A DNA stretch of 64,000 nucleotides, taken from contig JAPLSY010000084.1 in the NCBI GenBank assembly GCA_026398415.1, positions 94,709 to 158,708 on the forward strand, in the 5' to 3' direction. Positions 11,201 to 20,619 of this stretch are shown one piece after another. A model generated the notes under the pieces. That model worked only from the letters and a program-made list of their open reading frames with translations, was not told the origin of the DNA and did no database searches. The stretch is from Kiritimatiellota bacterium. Lineage in GTDB: Bacteria > Verrucomicrobiota > Kiritimatiellia > JAAZAB01. The translations under genes and the position numbers were made by a program. The first letter of the stretch is position 1, and each line of letters opens with the position of its first letter.

Positions 11201-12073
11201 CGAAACTTCCACCTTGCCACGATGGTCAGCCATCAACAACCGCCAAGGCATCAGCCACGCTTTCCAGTCTTTCCCCCGGCCCGCCACCAACGGCCGCCAA
11301 GGATCTAACCATGCCTTCAGGTCTTCCCACCGGCGAGCCGTCTCGGCATACTGGTCTTCCGCCCCCGGCCGCGCCAAGGTCTCCACCTGATTGCCGAGTT
11401 GCCGTAATTCCTCGGCATACAGTGTCTTCAGGGTCCGGCCCGCAGCCGCCCCTCGCTCACCGCTGAGTGCCTGCCCCCACCAACGGATTTCCTGCCCAAC
11501 GGTGCACTGCCACGCCTTCATCCGTACGCGGGCCGCGGCCACGTCGGCGACGCTGTACCACTGGATCTCCCGGATAGTTGCGACCCGGTCCTCCAAGGGT
11601 TCGTCGGGCGACCCGGGATGATCTATCCGGTAGCCCCCGTCATGCAACGCAGTAATGTACAGTCGAAAGCGCTTGAGGGTTACCGGTGGCACGTCCACCG
11701 TTACGAAGAACGGACCTGATCCGGTCGTGTATCGGGGCACCGACACCGGCGGAGCCAAATCGCGCCAAGCATCCTGGACCCAACCCTGTAAAGTGAATTC
11801 CTTAGGCGACCCCTCGGTGCTGGGTAAGGCCGCATAAGCCCGGTTGCCCGGATGAACCACCACGCGAGCCAATTCCACCGGCTCGGGCAACTCCACCTCC
11901 ACCCATACCGGACAGCCAAAACCATCCCACACGCTGGCATCGCTGGTATCCCCGTCAATTACGCGTTGAACGTTTTCTACGGGATGCTTGGCCGTCTGCG
12001 AGGCCGAGGCTATCCCGGAAACCATCGCCCATCCGATCAGCGTCAATATTCCAATGAGCAGTCGTGTTTGCAT
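8291..12073 (-). CDS. Giant secreted protein (1260 aa) with discoidin-like, FG-GAP/VCBS and LamG-like domains; paralog of 2682..7061
   Basis: Signal peptide MQTRLLIGILTLIGWAMVSGIASA. Domain order matches the paralog, and long stretches are near-identical (EKGMMTVGDGDGFYFD, LDWDGDGRQD, CWTDYCH, VDLNGNG..LVTSTDPG..VFYRSFLEE). Confidence 0.6.
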   Translation of the reverse strand: MQTRLLIGILTLIGWAMVSGIASASQTAKHPVENVQRVIDGDTSDASVWDGFGCPVWVEVELPEPVELARVVVHPGNRAYAALPSTEGSPKEFTLQGWVQDAWRDLAPPVSVPRYTTGSGPFFVTVDVPPVTLKRFRLYITALHDGGYRIDHPGSPDEPLEDRVATIREIQWYSVADVAAARVRMKAWQCTVGQEIRWWGQALSGERGAAAGRTLKTLYAEELRQLGNQVETLARPGAEDQYAETARRWEDLKAWLDPWRPLVAGRGKDWKAWLMPWRLLMADHRGKVEVSAIGSPVGRLELSVDPGKTPHKSYPASCALDLRVLEALWGRPVDPYVMQVYALAPDGKHLADIHPNRKGTERNLCASRFERISPLRGFLIWTMPDQSYTRYVVEFGPRPDAPPEKGMMTVGDGDGFYFDTAQDGTLSGNIWSAAFLDWDGDGRQDVITGCWTDYCHFWKNIGTKDKPVFSEREHWLVRDVTGAPIAALADHHSQAFSVVQPVDFDGDGRVDLFMGGYHGVRPLFYRNLGPNDFPVVAAPTVPVNLACGKMAFGDLDGDGQADAVVTSISSNVCSLRLNPGRGLGKDGAPRFADARPLGISSPLADSSDRTSCQPAPALADIDADGDLDVFLVVPPYVWFYENIGTPKAPKFAEGRRVERKGVPLDVGYFYVSITWSDYDRDGDLDLVKSTGVQVYLNEGDAKTLRLGQLVSPVLKQQRRVERAGLRAFDMVDFDKDGDFDHVLMAFSCPDLEVNEWQDGFFRRSFVVNVDPEKKDWYGCPDPPEYYAMYGNVQLVDFDNDGDLDLAATSEHSWRFGYIHYYENLGTNGFAPEVEWRPMATCDYVRFVEGKNGKGAHVDAQTFLDFLSYHTKDSLDPAGGSLSFWFQPDWDAADGKEHYFFYTAPTPAAAGISARDLEHYYTDIKSDLVLPKPFALFKTKAGTLCLQMGKTGAETPVLDWKTGSWHRVETRWGKEGCLVEVDGRRLAESTEPVTAVPVGRRMWVGSRAWMGVQREREHPGRWILHPTDFSSPADGVLDDFEIRDAKGQALFTLAFNGNADSAQGQSGNRTKLGYRCTPGFADFNGDGLIDMVAMISDGRRNRGTKPEHRNWGDGVLVLFPNVGTAAKPRWGEGIPLKHTDGTPFRCHIRTKITPVDWDRDGRIDLIFSTENYEMAEFNRAVDLFMNTGTKTAPVFGPRQPMDRLNSLLNAHHDVKLEAVDLNGNGEEVLVTSTDPGTSVFYRSFLEEEPVRVRVVAVEPGL

Positions 12074-12117
12074 CGGTCGTCTCCCCTCGCTTTGTTTTTA
12101 GAACAATGATACGCGCC

Positions 12118-13122
12118 TCACTGGTTCTGCAGGACGTCCAGCATGGCGGCAATGTTTTCAGGCTTGGCATCGCCGGGAATGGCATGCGCGGGCGCCGCAA
12201 TGTAGCCGCCCGATTCGCCAACGACCTTCAGCAGTTCGCGGACTTCCTTCTTGACCTGCGCCACCGTCCCGAACGGCAAAAGGCGCTGGGTGCTGATCCC
12301 GCCGAAAAACGTGAGGTGCCGGCCGAATTGCTTTTTCATCGTCACAGGGTCCATGACTTCCGGCTGGAAGGGATTAAAGACATCCAACCCGGCTTCGATC
12401 AGGTCGGGGAACACTTCCTGGACCCTGCCGCAGGAATGAATGAAGACAAATTTTTTATGCGCCTTGACGGCCTGGTACATCTGCCTGATCCGCGGATAGA
12501 TAAATTGACGCCAGAGTTCGGGTCCCATGATCAAGCCGGTCTGCTGACCCCAGTCGTCGCCGAATTCCATGGCGTCAATATCCAGGCGGCAGGTATTTTC
12601 GATCACGCGCAAGTTAAAGGCCAGGATCCGGTCCAGCAGGGTCTGGATAAAATCGGGATCAGTGACCATGGCCATGAGCACATTTTCCATGCCGGCCAGG
12701 GTCCAGGCCCGTTCGAACAGGCTGAACCCGAGATTGCCAACAACGAACCGTTCGCCTTTGCCGGCGGTCAGGGAGTCCCGGAGCGCCTGGTAACGCGAGG
12801 GATCTTCCGGGTCCGGCATGCGATACGTGCGCACATTGTCCGGCGTCACGCAGGTATTGCAGACCACGCCAATATCCTTATCCACGGAACGGTTCCACTG
12901 GACACCGAATTGGTCCTCCCAGATATCCGGCGCCGTTTCCCGCCACGCGTTGGCCGGCTCCATGCCGCACATCGTCAGGCAATTCTCCAGGGATTTCAGC
13001 CGGGCAACACCGGCGTAAGCCTGGAATCGCGCCAGGGCTTTTTGCGTAAAGTCAATATGGTAAGGGACCTGATCCGGTTGCTGATGCCGAAGGGTGGCCA
13101 AGACACGCTCGCGGTTGGTCAT
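12118..13122 (-). CDS. Uroporphyrinogen decarboxylase (URO-D) family protein (MtaA/CmuA-like methyltransferase or decarboxylase)
   Basis: 334 aa with a (beta/alpha)8-like composition. It resembles URO-D/MtaA family members (N-terminal 'RERVLATLRHQQPDQVPY', C-terminal 'GGYIAAPAHAIP'). Confidence 0.5.
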   Translation of the reverse strand: MTNRERVLATLRHQQPDQVPYHIDFTQKALARFQAYAGVARLKSLENCLTMCGMEPANAWRETAPDIWEDQFGVQWNRSVDKDIGVVCNTCVTPDNVRTYRMPDPEDPSRYQALRDSLTAGKGERFVVGNLGFSLFERAWTLAGMENVLMAMVTDPDFIQTLLDRILAFNLRVIENTCRLDIDAMEFGDDWGQQTGLIMGPELWRQFIYPRIRQMYQAVKAHKKFVFIHSCGRVQEVFPDLIEAGLDVFNPFQPEVMDPVTMKKQFGRHLTFFGGISTQRLLPFGTVAQVKKEVRELLKVVGESGGYIAAPAHAIPGDAKPENIAAMLDVLQNQ

Positions 13123-13154
13123 GATGCTGTTCCTTTAATAATAGCCCCGCCGGG

Positions 13155-14102
13155 TCAGGGCTTTTCATCCGACGACGGCTGCATAAACTGACCTACCATT
13201 CCACCCGTGCCCATTTTCTTTTTGGTCTTGTCCACGACGACTTTGTCTTCCACGGTTGTTGCCACCGGCGTCACCGGCGGCGGCACCGGCGCCGACACCA
13301 CCGTCTCGGTCCCTTCCGGGACCGTGATTTGCCCATTGGGCTGTTGCGCCAGGCTGGCCCGGCCCCGGGCGCCCGTATAGGTCCTGGCAAACAACTGCAC
13401 GCCGAATGGCGTAAAGGCCGTATGTACAAACCCCATGCCCATGGTTTGAAACAGAACGTGCACATTGCCGACCTCATCCACCTTAAACTCGACTGGCCGC
13501 ACCCGGATGACGCGTCCCAGATTGAACAAGCCATACACGTTCTTATCGGCATCTTCGATCCGCAGATAAATATTCTCGATGCCGTCTTTCGGAAAATAGG
13601 AGAGGATATAGGTGCGCATAGCGTGCGCATCGCCGGGAACCCCGACCGTCAGGCGCTGGAATTCGAAACCGCTGACTACTTCCAGCGTCGTCTCCTGCGA
13701 GACATAGTGAGCGCCGTTCAGCTCCACATCGGCGCGTATTTTATACAGCCCCTGGCTCCGAATGGCATACAGGTGGGGCACATTGAATCCAAACGTGCGG
13801 ACTTCGCCCGGCATAATCTTCACATCGCTCACCAGGGGGGCATCATCGCGCCGGGGAATGATCCGGCCACCGTCGTGTTCGACATCGAGCCAGAACCGGA
13901 CCGGACCACGGATAGAATCCATCGTCAGCATCTGGCCGCTGTTGTTTTGAATTACGACCTTGGCAATGACATCTTCGTACAGGAGCGCCTTGGCCGACGG
14001 CAGCGTCAGGGTGATCGCAAGCTGGGCCGCTACCCAGGCCGGAAGGGCCATCAGACCGATCACCGCGCCAAGTCCCATTTTCCATTGCCGGTTGATTGTC
14101 AT
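13155..14102 (-). CDS. Secreted hypothetical protein
   Basis: Signal peptide (MGLGAVIGLMALPAWVAAQ) and normal amino-acid composition. The + strand ORF opposite it is R/H/Q-rich antisense noise. It is tightly linked upstream of the URO-D gene. Confidence 0.4.
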   Translation of the reverse strand: MTINRQWKMGLGAVIGLMALPAWVAAQLAITLTLPSAKALLYEDVIAKVVIQNNSGQMLTMDSIRGPVRFWLDVEHDGGRIIPRRDDAPLVSDVKIMPGEVRTFGFNVPHLYAIRSQGLYKIRADVELNGAHYVSQETTLEVVSGFEFQRLTVGVPGDAHAMRTYILSYFPKDGIENIYLRIEDADKNVYGLFNLGRVIRVRPVEFKVDEVGNVHVLFQTMGMGFVHTAFTPFGVQLFARTYTGARGRASLAQQPNGQITVPEGTETVVSAPVPPPVTPVATTVEDKVVVDKTKKKMGTGGMVGQFMQPSSDEKP

Positions 14103-14289
14103 GGGCGTCTTTTTACTTTAACATACATCCTATCCACGGCCAACTTTTTCTTTACTTTAGTGCGCAATATCGGCAATATAACTGTCAAGAACAGATAAAT
14201 CAATGTGAATATCCGACAATAGTCGGTCCAACAATGGCCGGCTTTCTTCGGATGGAACGGCGCGGCTGGCGCAGGCGAACGGACAGCCC

Positions 14290-16218
14290 ATGAATTCGCA
14301 AAATCAGCAAGGCAATTCGGCCAAACCCTGGCTCATCGATCTTTTCAATCGCACGCCGGACATGATCATCGTCCTGGATAGCGCGGACATCATCCGGGAC
14401 ACCAATGCAGCCTTCCAAACTTTTTGCAAGCGGAGCGCCTCCGTTTTGCTGGGATGTAAAATAACCGAGTTCATCCCCGCCGAAAAGCACATCCAGTGGG
14501 CGCACGATCTTAACAAACTGGTCAGCGGGGAATGGACCAGTCTGGACGCCACCTTGATCAACGCTGAAAAACGCGCTGTGCCGTTTCATATCACCCATAT
14601 CGCGCATAGCACCCATGCCGGGCAGTCTCTGGCAATTTTGCATCTTCAGGACGCCTCCGTCTATCAGAACGTGGAACGGGCCATGGTCGCGGCCCAGGGA
14701 CAATGGGAACGCTCGTTCGACGCCATTGCCGACTACATGTGCCTGCTGGACCTATCCGGCCACATCCTGCGGGCCAATCAGGCCATGACCAAGCGCTTTG
14801 AGCCGCTATACGGCAATCTGGTCGGGTGCGATTATCGCAAAATCTTCGGCATAGCTGATGCACCGGCGAAAGGGCCTACCATGCCCCACGCGGTTGAGGC
14901 CTCGCCCTTTGTACTCCCGAAAATCGAATTACCGAACCTGAAAGGCTGGTTCACCGTCTCGTCCTTCCCCTTGAAGGACGAGCACGAAGCCATCACGGGC
15001 GTCGTGCTCATTGTCCGGGATATCACTGACCAGCACGCCACGGCTGAGGCCCTTAAAAAAGCCGAAGTGAATCAGCATCAGACTTCCAAGATGGAAGCCA
15101 TCGGCCGGCTGGCTGGCGGCATCGCCCACGATTTCAACAACATGCTGACTTCCGTCCTGGGTTACAGCTCGCTCATGCTGAAAATGACCAAGCCGGACGA
15201 TCCCCGGCATAATGACATCCATGAAATTATCCTGGCGGCGGAACGGGCCACGGCGCTCACCCGGCAACTGCTGGATTTCAGCCGCAACCAGGCCATCGAA
15301 ACCAAGAACGTGAGCCTGAACGCCATCATCCAGAACATACAGGAATTCCTGGGACGCACACTCGGGGAAAAGATCAAGCTGAACATACGCCTGGACCCGA
15401 ACCTGCGGAATATCAAGGCCGATGTTTCGCGGCTGGAGCAGGTGATCATTAACCTGGTCGTGAATGCCCGCGATGCCATGCCCAGCGGCGGCCAGCTGAT
15501 GATTGAAACCGTCAACCGGAAACTCGACCAGAACTTCTGTACCATGCACCCCAGCATGGCGCCAGGCAATTATGTCGAGTTGGAGGTCAGCGATACAGGT
15601 TGCGGGATGCCGCCCAATGTTCTGGAGCACTTATTCGAGCCATTTTTTACGACCAAGGCCAAAGGCAAGGGCACGGGATTAGGGTTGACGACAACCTACG
15701 GTATTGTCAAGCAGTTCGGCGGCCACATTACGGTATATTCGGAAATCAGCCGGGGATCCACGTTCAAGCTTTATTTCCCAGAATCGCAAGAGGCGAACGA
15801 GGCGGGGTCGCCGGCCAAACAAGCATCCGTTCTCCTGCGCGGCAATGAAACGATCATGGTGGTCGATGATGAGGCCAATATCGTCACCATGATCAGCCAG
15901 ATCCTGACCGAGTTGGGCTATCACGTCATTTCCGCCACCAGCCCCCGCAAGGCACTGACCCTCGGTGACCAGCATGCCCAGACAATTGACATGGTGCTCA
16001 CCGATATTATCATGCCGGAGATCAACGGGCCTGACTTGGTCCGGATGCTGCGCAAGAAACGGCCGACCCTTAAAGCGTTGTATATGTCGGGTTATGCCAG
16101 CAATGCCGCCGAGCAAATCGGCGTGCTTAAACTCAACTCGGCCTTTCTGCAGAAACCGTTCAGTTCGGAAACCCTGTCCAATTCCATCAGAAAAGTCTTG
16201 GATGTGCCGGGAAAATAA
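14290..16218 (+). CDS. Hybrid sensor histidine kinase/response regulator with PAS domains
   Basis: PAS-like N-terminal half. H-box '[19 protein letters not shown]' and HATPase_c G-boxes ([14 protein letters not shown]). C-terminal receiver domain (IMVVDDE...MVLTDIIMP...LYMSGY). Confidence 0.8.
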   Translation: MNSQNQQGNSAKPWLIDLFNRTPDMIIVLDSADIIRDTNAAFQTFCKRSASVLLGCKITEFIPAEKHIQWAHDLNKLVSGEWTSLDATLINAEKRAVPFHITHIAHSTHAGQSLAILHLQDASVYQNVERAMVAAQGQWERSFDAIADYMCLLDLSGHILRANQAMTKRFEPLYGNLVGCDYRKIFGIADAPAKGPTMPHAVEASPFVLPKIELPNLKGWFTVSSFPLKDEHEAITGVVLIVRDITDQHATAEALKKAEVNQHQTSKMEAIGRLAGGIAHDFNNMLTSVLGYSSLMLKMTKPDDPRHNDIHEIILAAERATALTRQLLDFSRNQAIETKNVSLNAIIQNIQEFLGRTLGEKIKLNIRLDPNLRNIKADVSRLEQVIINLVVNARDAMPSGGQLMIETVNRKLDQNFCTMHPSMAPGNYVELEVSDTGCGMPPNVLEHLFEPFFTTKAKGKGTGLGLTTTYGIVKQFGGHITVYSEISRGSTFKLYFPESQEANEAGSPAKQASVLLRGNETIMVVDDEANIVTMISQILTELGYHVISATSPRKALTLGDQHAQTIDMVLTDIIMPEINGPDLVRMLRKKRPTLKALYMSGYASNAAEQIGVLKLNSAFLQKPFSSETLSNSIRKVLDVPGK

Positions 16219-16226
16219 GGCATGAT

Positions 16227-16266
16227 AGAAGTCAGAAGTCAGAAGTCAGAAGTCAGAAGTCAGAAG
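16227..16266. repeat. Heptanucleotide microsatellite (AGAAGTC)x5.7 in the hybrid-kinase/guaB intergenic leader
   Basis: Read directly from the sequence: agaagtc repeated 5 times plus a partial copy, between the kinase stop (16216-18) and the guaB start (16315). Confidence 0.85.
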
Positions 16267-16314
16267 GCTGAGGGCAAAGCAAGGAGTTCCATACCCGTGA
16301 AGTCAGATCGCGCG

Positions 16315-17802
16315 ATGGTTTCGTTTATGGCCTCGGCGGCGCATGCCGGCCTTACGTTTGACGACGTCTCGCTGATTCCCCGCTATGCCGATTTCCTGCC
16401 GAAAGAGGCCGAGATCAGCAGCCGGTTCACCGCGCGTATTCCGGTCAATATCCCCTTCGTCAGCGCCTCCATGGATACCGTGACCGAGAGCAAGATGGCG
16501 ATTGCCATGGCCATGTTAGGCGGTATTGGCATCATCCACAAGAACCTGGATATTACCCGGCAAGGCCGCGAGGTGGAAGCCGTCAAGCATCACCTGAACG
16601 GACTGATCCGCCACCCAATCACCTTCCGTGCCAGCGACACGCTCCAGCAAGTTAAGGCCCGCAAGGCTGAAAAAGGATACAGCTTCTCGGGGTTCCCCGT
16701 GCTGGACGAGAACGACCACGTCGTGGGCATCCTGACGGCGGCGGACTCTAAATTCGCCCATGATCCGGATGCGCGCGTGGCCGATATCATGACAACGGCC
16801 ATCATCACCGCGCCGCCGGACACTTCGCTCCAGGACGCCTACACCATCATGAAGCGCAACAAGATCGGTAAACTCCCGCTGGTGGAAAACGGCCGCCTGG
16901 TGGGACTTTACAGTTTTTCGGATGTCAGCATCCTGATCGAAAATGCCCAACCGCTCTTCAACCGGGACGCCCGGCACCGCCTGCGGGTTGGTGCGGCCGT
17001 GGGCCCCAACGACCAGGAACGCGCGGAAGCATTGGCCGCCAAGGACGTGGATGTCATGGTTATCGATACGGCACACGGCCATAGCCAGGGCGTCATCGCC
17101 ATGTGCCAATGGATCAAGCGCCGCTATCCGGAGATTGACGTGGTAGCAGGCAATATTGCCACGGGCGAGGCGGCCGCGGCCTTGCGCAAGGCCGGCGCCG
17201 ATGCCGTGAAAGTGGGTATCGGGCCCGGTTCAATTTGCACGACGCGTGTGGTGGCCGGGGTCGGTATCCCGCAGATTTCAGCCATTTATGAATGCGCCCA
17301 AGCGCTGCGGGGTGAGATTCCGATCATCGCCGACGGCGGTATCCGGTATTCGGGCGATGTGCCCAAGGCCATTGCCGCCGGCGCGGACACGGTCATGATG
17401 GGCTCGACCCTCGCAGGCACCAACGAAAGCCCGGGCGAAAAAATCATCCATCAGGGCCGGCAATACGTGGTCTATCGCGGAATGGGAAGCCTGGCGGCCA
17501 TGAAAACCGCCCTGGGCAGTCGCGAACGTTACGGCCAGGCCGATGCCCGGGAGGACGAGCTTATTCCCCAGGGCGTGGAAGGAATCGTGCCGTTCTCCGG
17601 CAGTCTTGAAAAAGTGCTCACGCAGTTCTGCGGCGGCCTGAGGGCGGGCTTAGGCTATTGCGGGTGCCGGACCATTGCCGACCTCCAACAGCGCGCCTGC
17701 TTCGTCCGCGTGTCGCCGGCCGGCGTCCGCGAGGCCCATGCCCATGATGTGAAAATAATCAAGGAAGCCCCCAACTACAGCGCCAACGCCTTGGAGTCGT
17801 GA
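16315..17802 (+). CDS. guaB: IMP dehydrogenase
   Basis: '[16 protein letters not shown]', a tandem CBS pair, the catalytic '[11 protein letters not shown]' loop, and '[24 protein letters not shown]'. The start is placed at the Met after the repeat tract; the upstream in-frame extension only translates the microsatellite. Confidence 0.9.
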   Translation: MVSFMASAAHAGLTFDDVSLIPRYADFLPKEAEISSRFTARIPVNIPFVSASMDTVTESKMAIAMAMLGGIGIIHKNLDITRQGREVEAVKHHLNGLIRHPITFRASDTLQQVKARKAEKGYSFSGFPVLDENDHVVGILTAADSKFAHDPDARVADIMTTAIITAPPDTSLQDAYTIMKRNKIGKLPLVENGRLVGLYSFSDVSILIENAQPLFNRDARHRLRVGAAVGPNDQERAEALAAKDVDVMVIDTAHGHSQGVIAMCQWIKRRYPEIDVVAGNIATGEAAAALRKAGADAVKVGIGPGSICTTRVVAGVGIPQISAIYECAQALRGEIPIIADGGIRYSGDVPKAIAAGADTVMMGSTLAGTNESPGEKIIHQGRQYVVYRGMGSLAAMKTALGSRERYGQADAREDELIPQGVEGIVPFSGSLEKVLTQFCGGLRAGLGYCGCRTIADLQQRACFVRVSPAGVREAHAHDVKIIKEAPNYSANALES

Positions 17803-17986
17803 GGGTATTGACGATTCCTAATTCCTCGTTCTTCGTTCGCAACCATTCGGATTGCAGGACCGAAGTATCGCGGTCTCGCCACGCTTAACAGGGCTTTGCC
17901 CCCACGAGACCTTTTGCCGTTCCGCTCAATCCCCGCAGGACAATCCACTTAAAACGATCTGCCCCTCCGTTCCTTGGCTGGGACAT

Positions 17987-18529
17987 CTATTTTGAGCGGG
18001 GGCCAGCCGCAACCTGGATTTTGGCTGCCTTCCTGGCCAGCCACATTATCAGGATGAAGAGAGCAATTTCGATCAATACTGCTTCCCGCGTCAACCTCAG
18101 GTCGGGCAGTTTCTCAAGAGCTGTATTGAATAGGGGTATCGACCGGGCTAAACGCATGACGTTGCCGTGGAGGATCGGTGTTTTCCAGAAAGGAATTACA
18201 ATATGAAAACATTTCGGTAAAAACCAAACCATGACCCAATCAAGGTCGGGCAACAAAGAGAAGGTAATGGCCAGCATGTGCTTTTTCCAGTAAACGACCA
18301 GCATCCAGTATGTTGTAATTGCAACCACTACTTGAAAAAAACACCAGAACGAATCATTAAACAATAAAAGATCACGCGGATCGTAGACGCTTATATCCAG
18401 GCCATCCAAAACACCATGCGCCCCATAACAGAGCGTTGCCACGATTAACATCCTCAGCCACGCGGGATGAATACGCCGGGCCGTATTGTCAATCAAGATT
18501 CCCGACGCGATATGGGTCGGATACTGCAT
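17987..18529 (-). CDS. Membrane-bound metal-dependent hydrolase-like protein (YdjM/DUF457-like)
   Basis: Polytopic membrane protein with conserved His and Asp positions ('QYPTHIASG', 'LLPDLDW') reminiscent of the LexA-regulated YdjM family. The similarity is weak. Confidence 0.35.
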   Translation of the reverse strand: MQYPTHIASGILIDNTARRIHPAWLRMLIVATLCYGAHGVLDGLDISVYDPRDLLLFNDSFWCFFQVVVAITTYWMLVVYWKKHMLAITFSLLPDLDWVMVWFLPKCFHIVIPFWKTPILHGNVMRLARSIPLFNTALEKLPDLRLTREAVLIEIALFILIMWLARKAAKIQVAAGPRSK

Positions 18530-18553
18530 GAATTTCCCACGTTTCAGCGCGGA

Positions 18554-19063
18554 TTAGTCGCTGGGTCGTTTAGGCAGCTTGTTTTTAGTCGGGATCGCCA
18601 GCACCCCAAAGACGACCAATCCGCCGACACCTGCCGCAAGCCACAGGCCGTTTTGGGTCAAATGCGGTGTGCCTAATATCATTTTTGCCCAGGCGACGCC
18701 CGGTTGCAGGTCCAGCCAAGCCATTTCCGCCGGAGGCAATTTCCACTGAATGGCATAATAAGCCACATCTTCCCAGCCGGTGGCAAACAGGACGATTCCC
18801 GATACGGCCAAACGCCAATCCCGGCCGGCAATACCCAGCAGGACAAACATACTAATCCCAAACGGCAAAAACGCGACATGCCACCAGAAGACATGCGCCT
18901 TGAATCCGGGAACAAGCAAAACGCTGACCGGAACGGCATGTTGACGGATGAGCGGTTTATAGACGCATTCAAGGACAATTACATCCGCATACGCCAGCAA
19001 CAGGATTCCCGCCGCAAGTAGTCCCGCCCGGCGGCACCATTGAATGGTCATTCCAGAATCCAT
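18554..19063 (-). CDS. Hypothetical integral membrane protein
   Basis: Four or more hydrophobic helices and plausible codon usage. The start is placed at an internal Met (MDSGMTIQW) to avoid overlap with mlaD. Confidence 0.35.
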   Translation of the reverse strand: MDSGMTIQWCRRAGLLAAGILLLAYADVIVLECVYKPLIRQHAVPVSVLLVPGFKAHVFWWHVAFLPFGISMFVLLGIAGRDWRLAVSGIVLFATGWEDVAYYAIQWKLPPAEMAWLDLQPGVAWAKMILGTPHLTQNGLWLAAGVGGLVVFGVLAIPTKNKLPKRPSD

Positions 19064-19136
19064 GATGAACACCTTGCCCTGCCGCAGGGCAACGGGGCGG
19101 AGCGCAAGCGCCGTGGCGCGGCGGGCACAACCTGCG

Positions 19137-19862
19137 TTAGAACGCGCCGAAGAATATACTGGAGAAGGTGACGATCGGGGACGTTTCGCGAATTTCATCC
19201 ACCGTGGCGCTGATATCGTTGATCAGCTGCTTGACCTCAAGGTAGAGGCTTTCGTCATTGACCAGCAGACCCAGCGTGCCTTCGCCGTGGTTGATCTTGT
19301 CGGTAATCTCATTCACGTTCGCCAGCGCGGCCCGGGCATCATTGTAGAGCGCGTCTTCATTGATGAGTTTGCCTATAGTCCCCTGCCCGGAATTGATTTT
19401 CCTGGTAATGTCCTTGAGGTCAGAGGCCACGTCCGACACCAGCGCCATAACGTCTTTGGGCGTTCGACCCTTGATAATCATGCCCGACGCCAGCCCTTCC
19501 AAGGCCGGGCTGCCTTCGCTGATCTGCATATAGCGCCCGCCCAGCACGGACGAAAAAACGATATCGATGACATAATCTTTCTTCAGGTGAATCGGCCGCT
19601 GGAGGGCCGCCACCACGCGTACGCCGTCGTCCTGGAGTATCATGGTCTTGACTTTGCCCACGGTCATGCCGCGCATCATCACGTTGTCGCCGTCGCGCAG
19701 GCCCATGACATCGGTAAAGACCACTTCGAAGGGATAAGTCTTCGTGAACACGTTTTCACGGCTGAGCACGATGGTAAACACGCACAGGCTCAGCAGCGCC
19801 ACGAACATGAACGTCCCGACCAGCACTTCCATGCTCAATTCCCGCATTCTATTGCGTCTCAT
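19137..19862 (-). CDS. mlaD: MlaD / Mce-family outer-membrane lipid asymmetry protein
   Basis: N-terminal TM helix followed by an MCE domain (VFTDVMGLRDGDNVMMRGMTVGKVKTM). It lies directly downstream of mlaF and mlaE. Confidence 0.7.
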   Translation of the reverse strand: MRRNRMRELSMEVLVGTFMFVALLSLCVFTIVLSRENVFTKTYPFEVVFTDVMGLRDGDNVMMRGMTVGKVKTMILQDDGVRVVAALQRPIHLKKDYVIDIVFSSVLGGRYMQISEGSPALEGLASGMIIKGRTPKDVMALVSDVASDLKDITRKINSGQGTIGKLINEDALYNDARAALANVNEITDKINHGEGTLGLLVNDESLYLEVKQLINDISATVDEIRETSPIVTFSSIFFGAF

Positions 19863-20619
19863 GATCAGTCCTTTCCCAAGCTCCCCGTTTAGTAATATAT
19901 TGCGCATCCAGAAATCTTTTTACAATCTCATTTTGCGACCGGATGAAATCGGTCGGCCGTGAAATCTCGAGGATGCGCCCCTCGTAAATCATGGCAATCC
20001 GCGTACCGATGGCCAGCGCGCTGAATAGATCGTGCGTCACGACCACGCTGGTCACCTTCAGCTCCAGGCGCATCCGGTCAATCAACTGGTCAATGGCGCG
20101 CGAGGTAACCGGGTCCAACCCGGAGGTCGGCTCGTCATACAGGATGATCTCCGGGTTCATGACGATGGCGCGGGCCAAACCCACGCGCTTACGCATGCCG
20201 CCGGAAAGTTCCGACGGCATGGCGTCATGGACGCCTTCCAGGTTGACCTGGTGTAGTTTTTCCTCGACGCGCCTTTCGATTGCGGCGTTGCTCATATTCG
20301 TCTTCTCGCGCAGGGGCAAGGCCACGTTGTCAAACACGCTCATCCATTCCAGCAGGGCCGCGCCCTGGAACAGCATGCCGAACTTCTCCCGCAGGCGCAC
20401 CAGGTCGGCGCCGGCGGCCGCGCTCATGAGCTCGTCGCCCACGTAAATTTTGCCGATGTCCGGCGTAAGCAGGCGGATCATGTGCTTCAAAGTGACGCTC
20501 TTGCCCGCGCCGGAAAAGCCGACAATCACGAAGGTCTCGCCACGCTCGACCTTGAAATTAACGGCATCCAGCACCTTGCGCTCGCCGAAATACTTGATGA
20601 CATGTTCAAAACGGATCAT
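19849..20619 (-). CDS. mlaF: ABC transporter ATP-binding protein MlaF
   Basis: Walker A 'GFSGAGKS', ABC signature 'LSGGMRKRVGLARA' and Walker B 'ILYDEPTSGLD'. Its start overlaps the mlaE stop. Confidence 0.8.
   Translation of the reverse strand: MIRFEHVIKYFGERKVLDAVNFKVERGETFVIVGFSGAGKSVTLKHMIRLLTPDIGKIYVGDELMSAAAGADLVRLREKFGMLFQGAALLEWMSVFDNVALPLREKTNMSNAAIERRVEEKLHQVNLEGVHDAMPSELSGGMRKRVGLARAIVMNPEIILYDEPTSGLDPVTSRAIDQLIDRMRLELKVTSVVVTHDLFSALAIGTRIAMIYEGRILEISRPTDFIRSQNEIVKRFLDAQYITKRGAWERTDHETQ

Noticed and set aside
12064-13191. 375-aa + ORF opposite the URO-D-family gene
   Set aside because: Antisense. The minus-strand frame has a recognisable family fold and start context.
13329-14198. 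289-aa + ORF opposite the secreted hypothetical protein
   Set aside because: R/H/Q-rich with no start context. The minus-strand ORF has a signal peptide and balanced composition.
16222-16314. N-terminal extension of guaB through the heptamer repeat (MIEVRSQKSEVRSQK...)
   Set aside because: The extension is just translation of the (AGAAGTC)n microsatellite. A conserved IMPDH N-terminus starts at the Met at 16315.
19044-19892. 282-aa + ORF overlapping mlaD
   Set aside because: Antisense to mlaD, which has an MCE domain and operon context.
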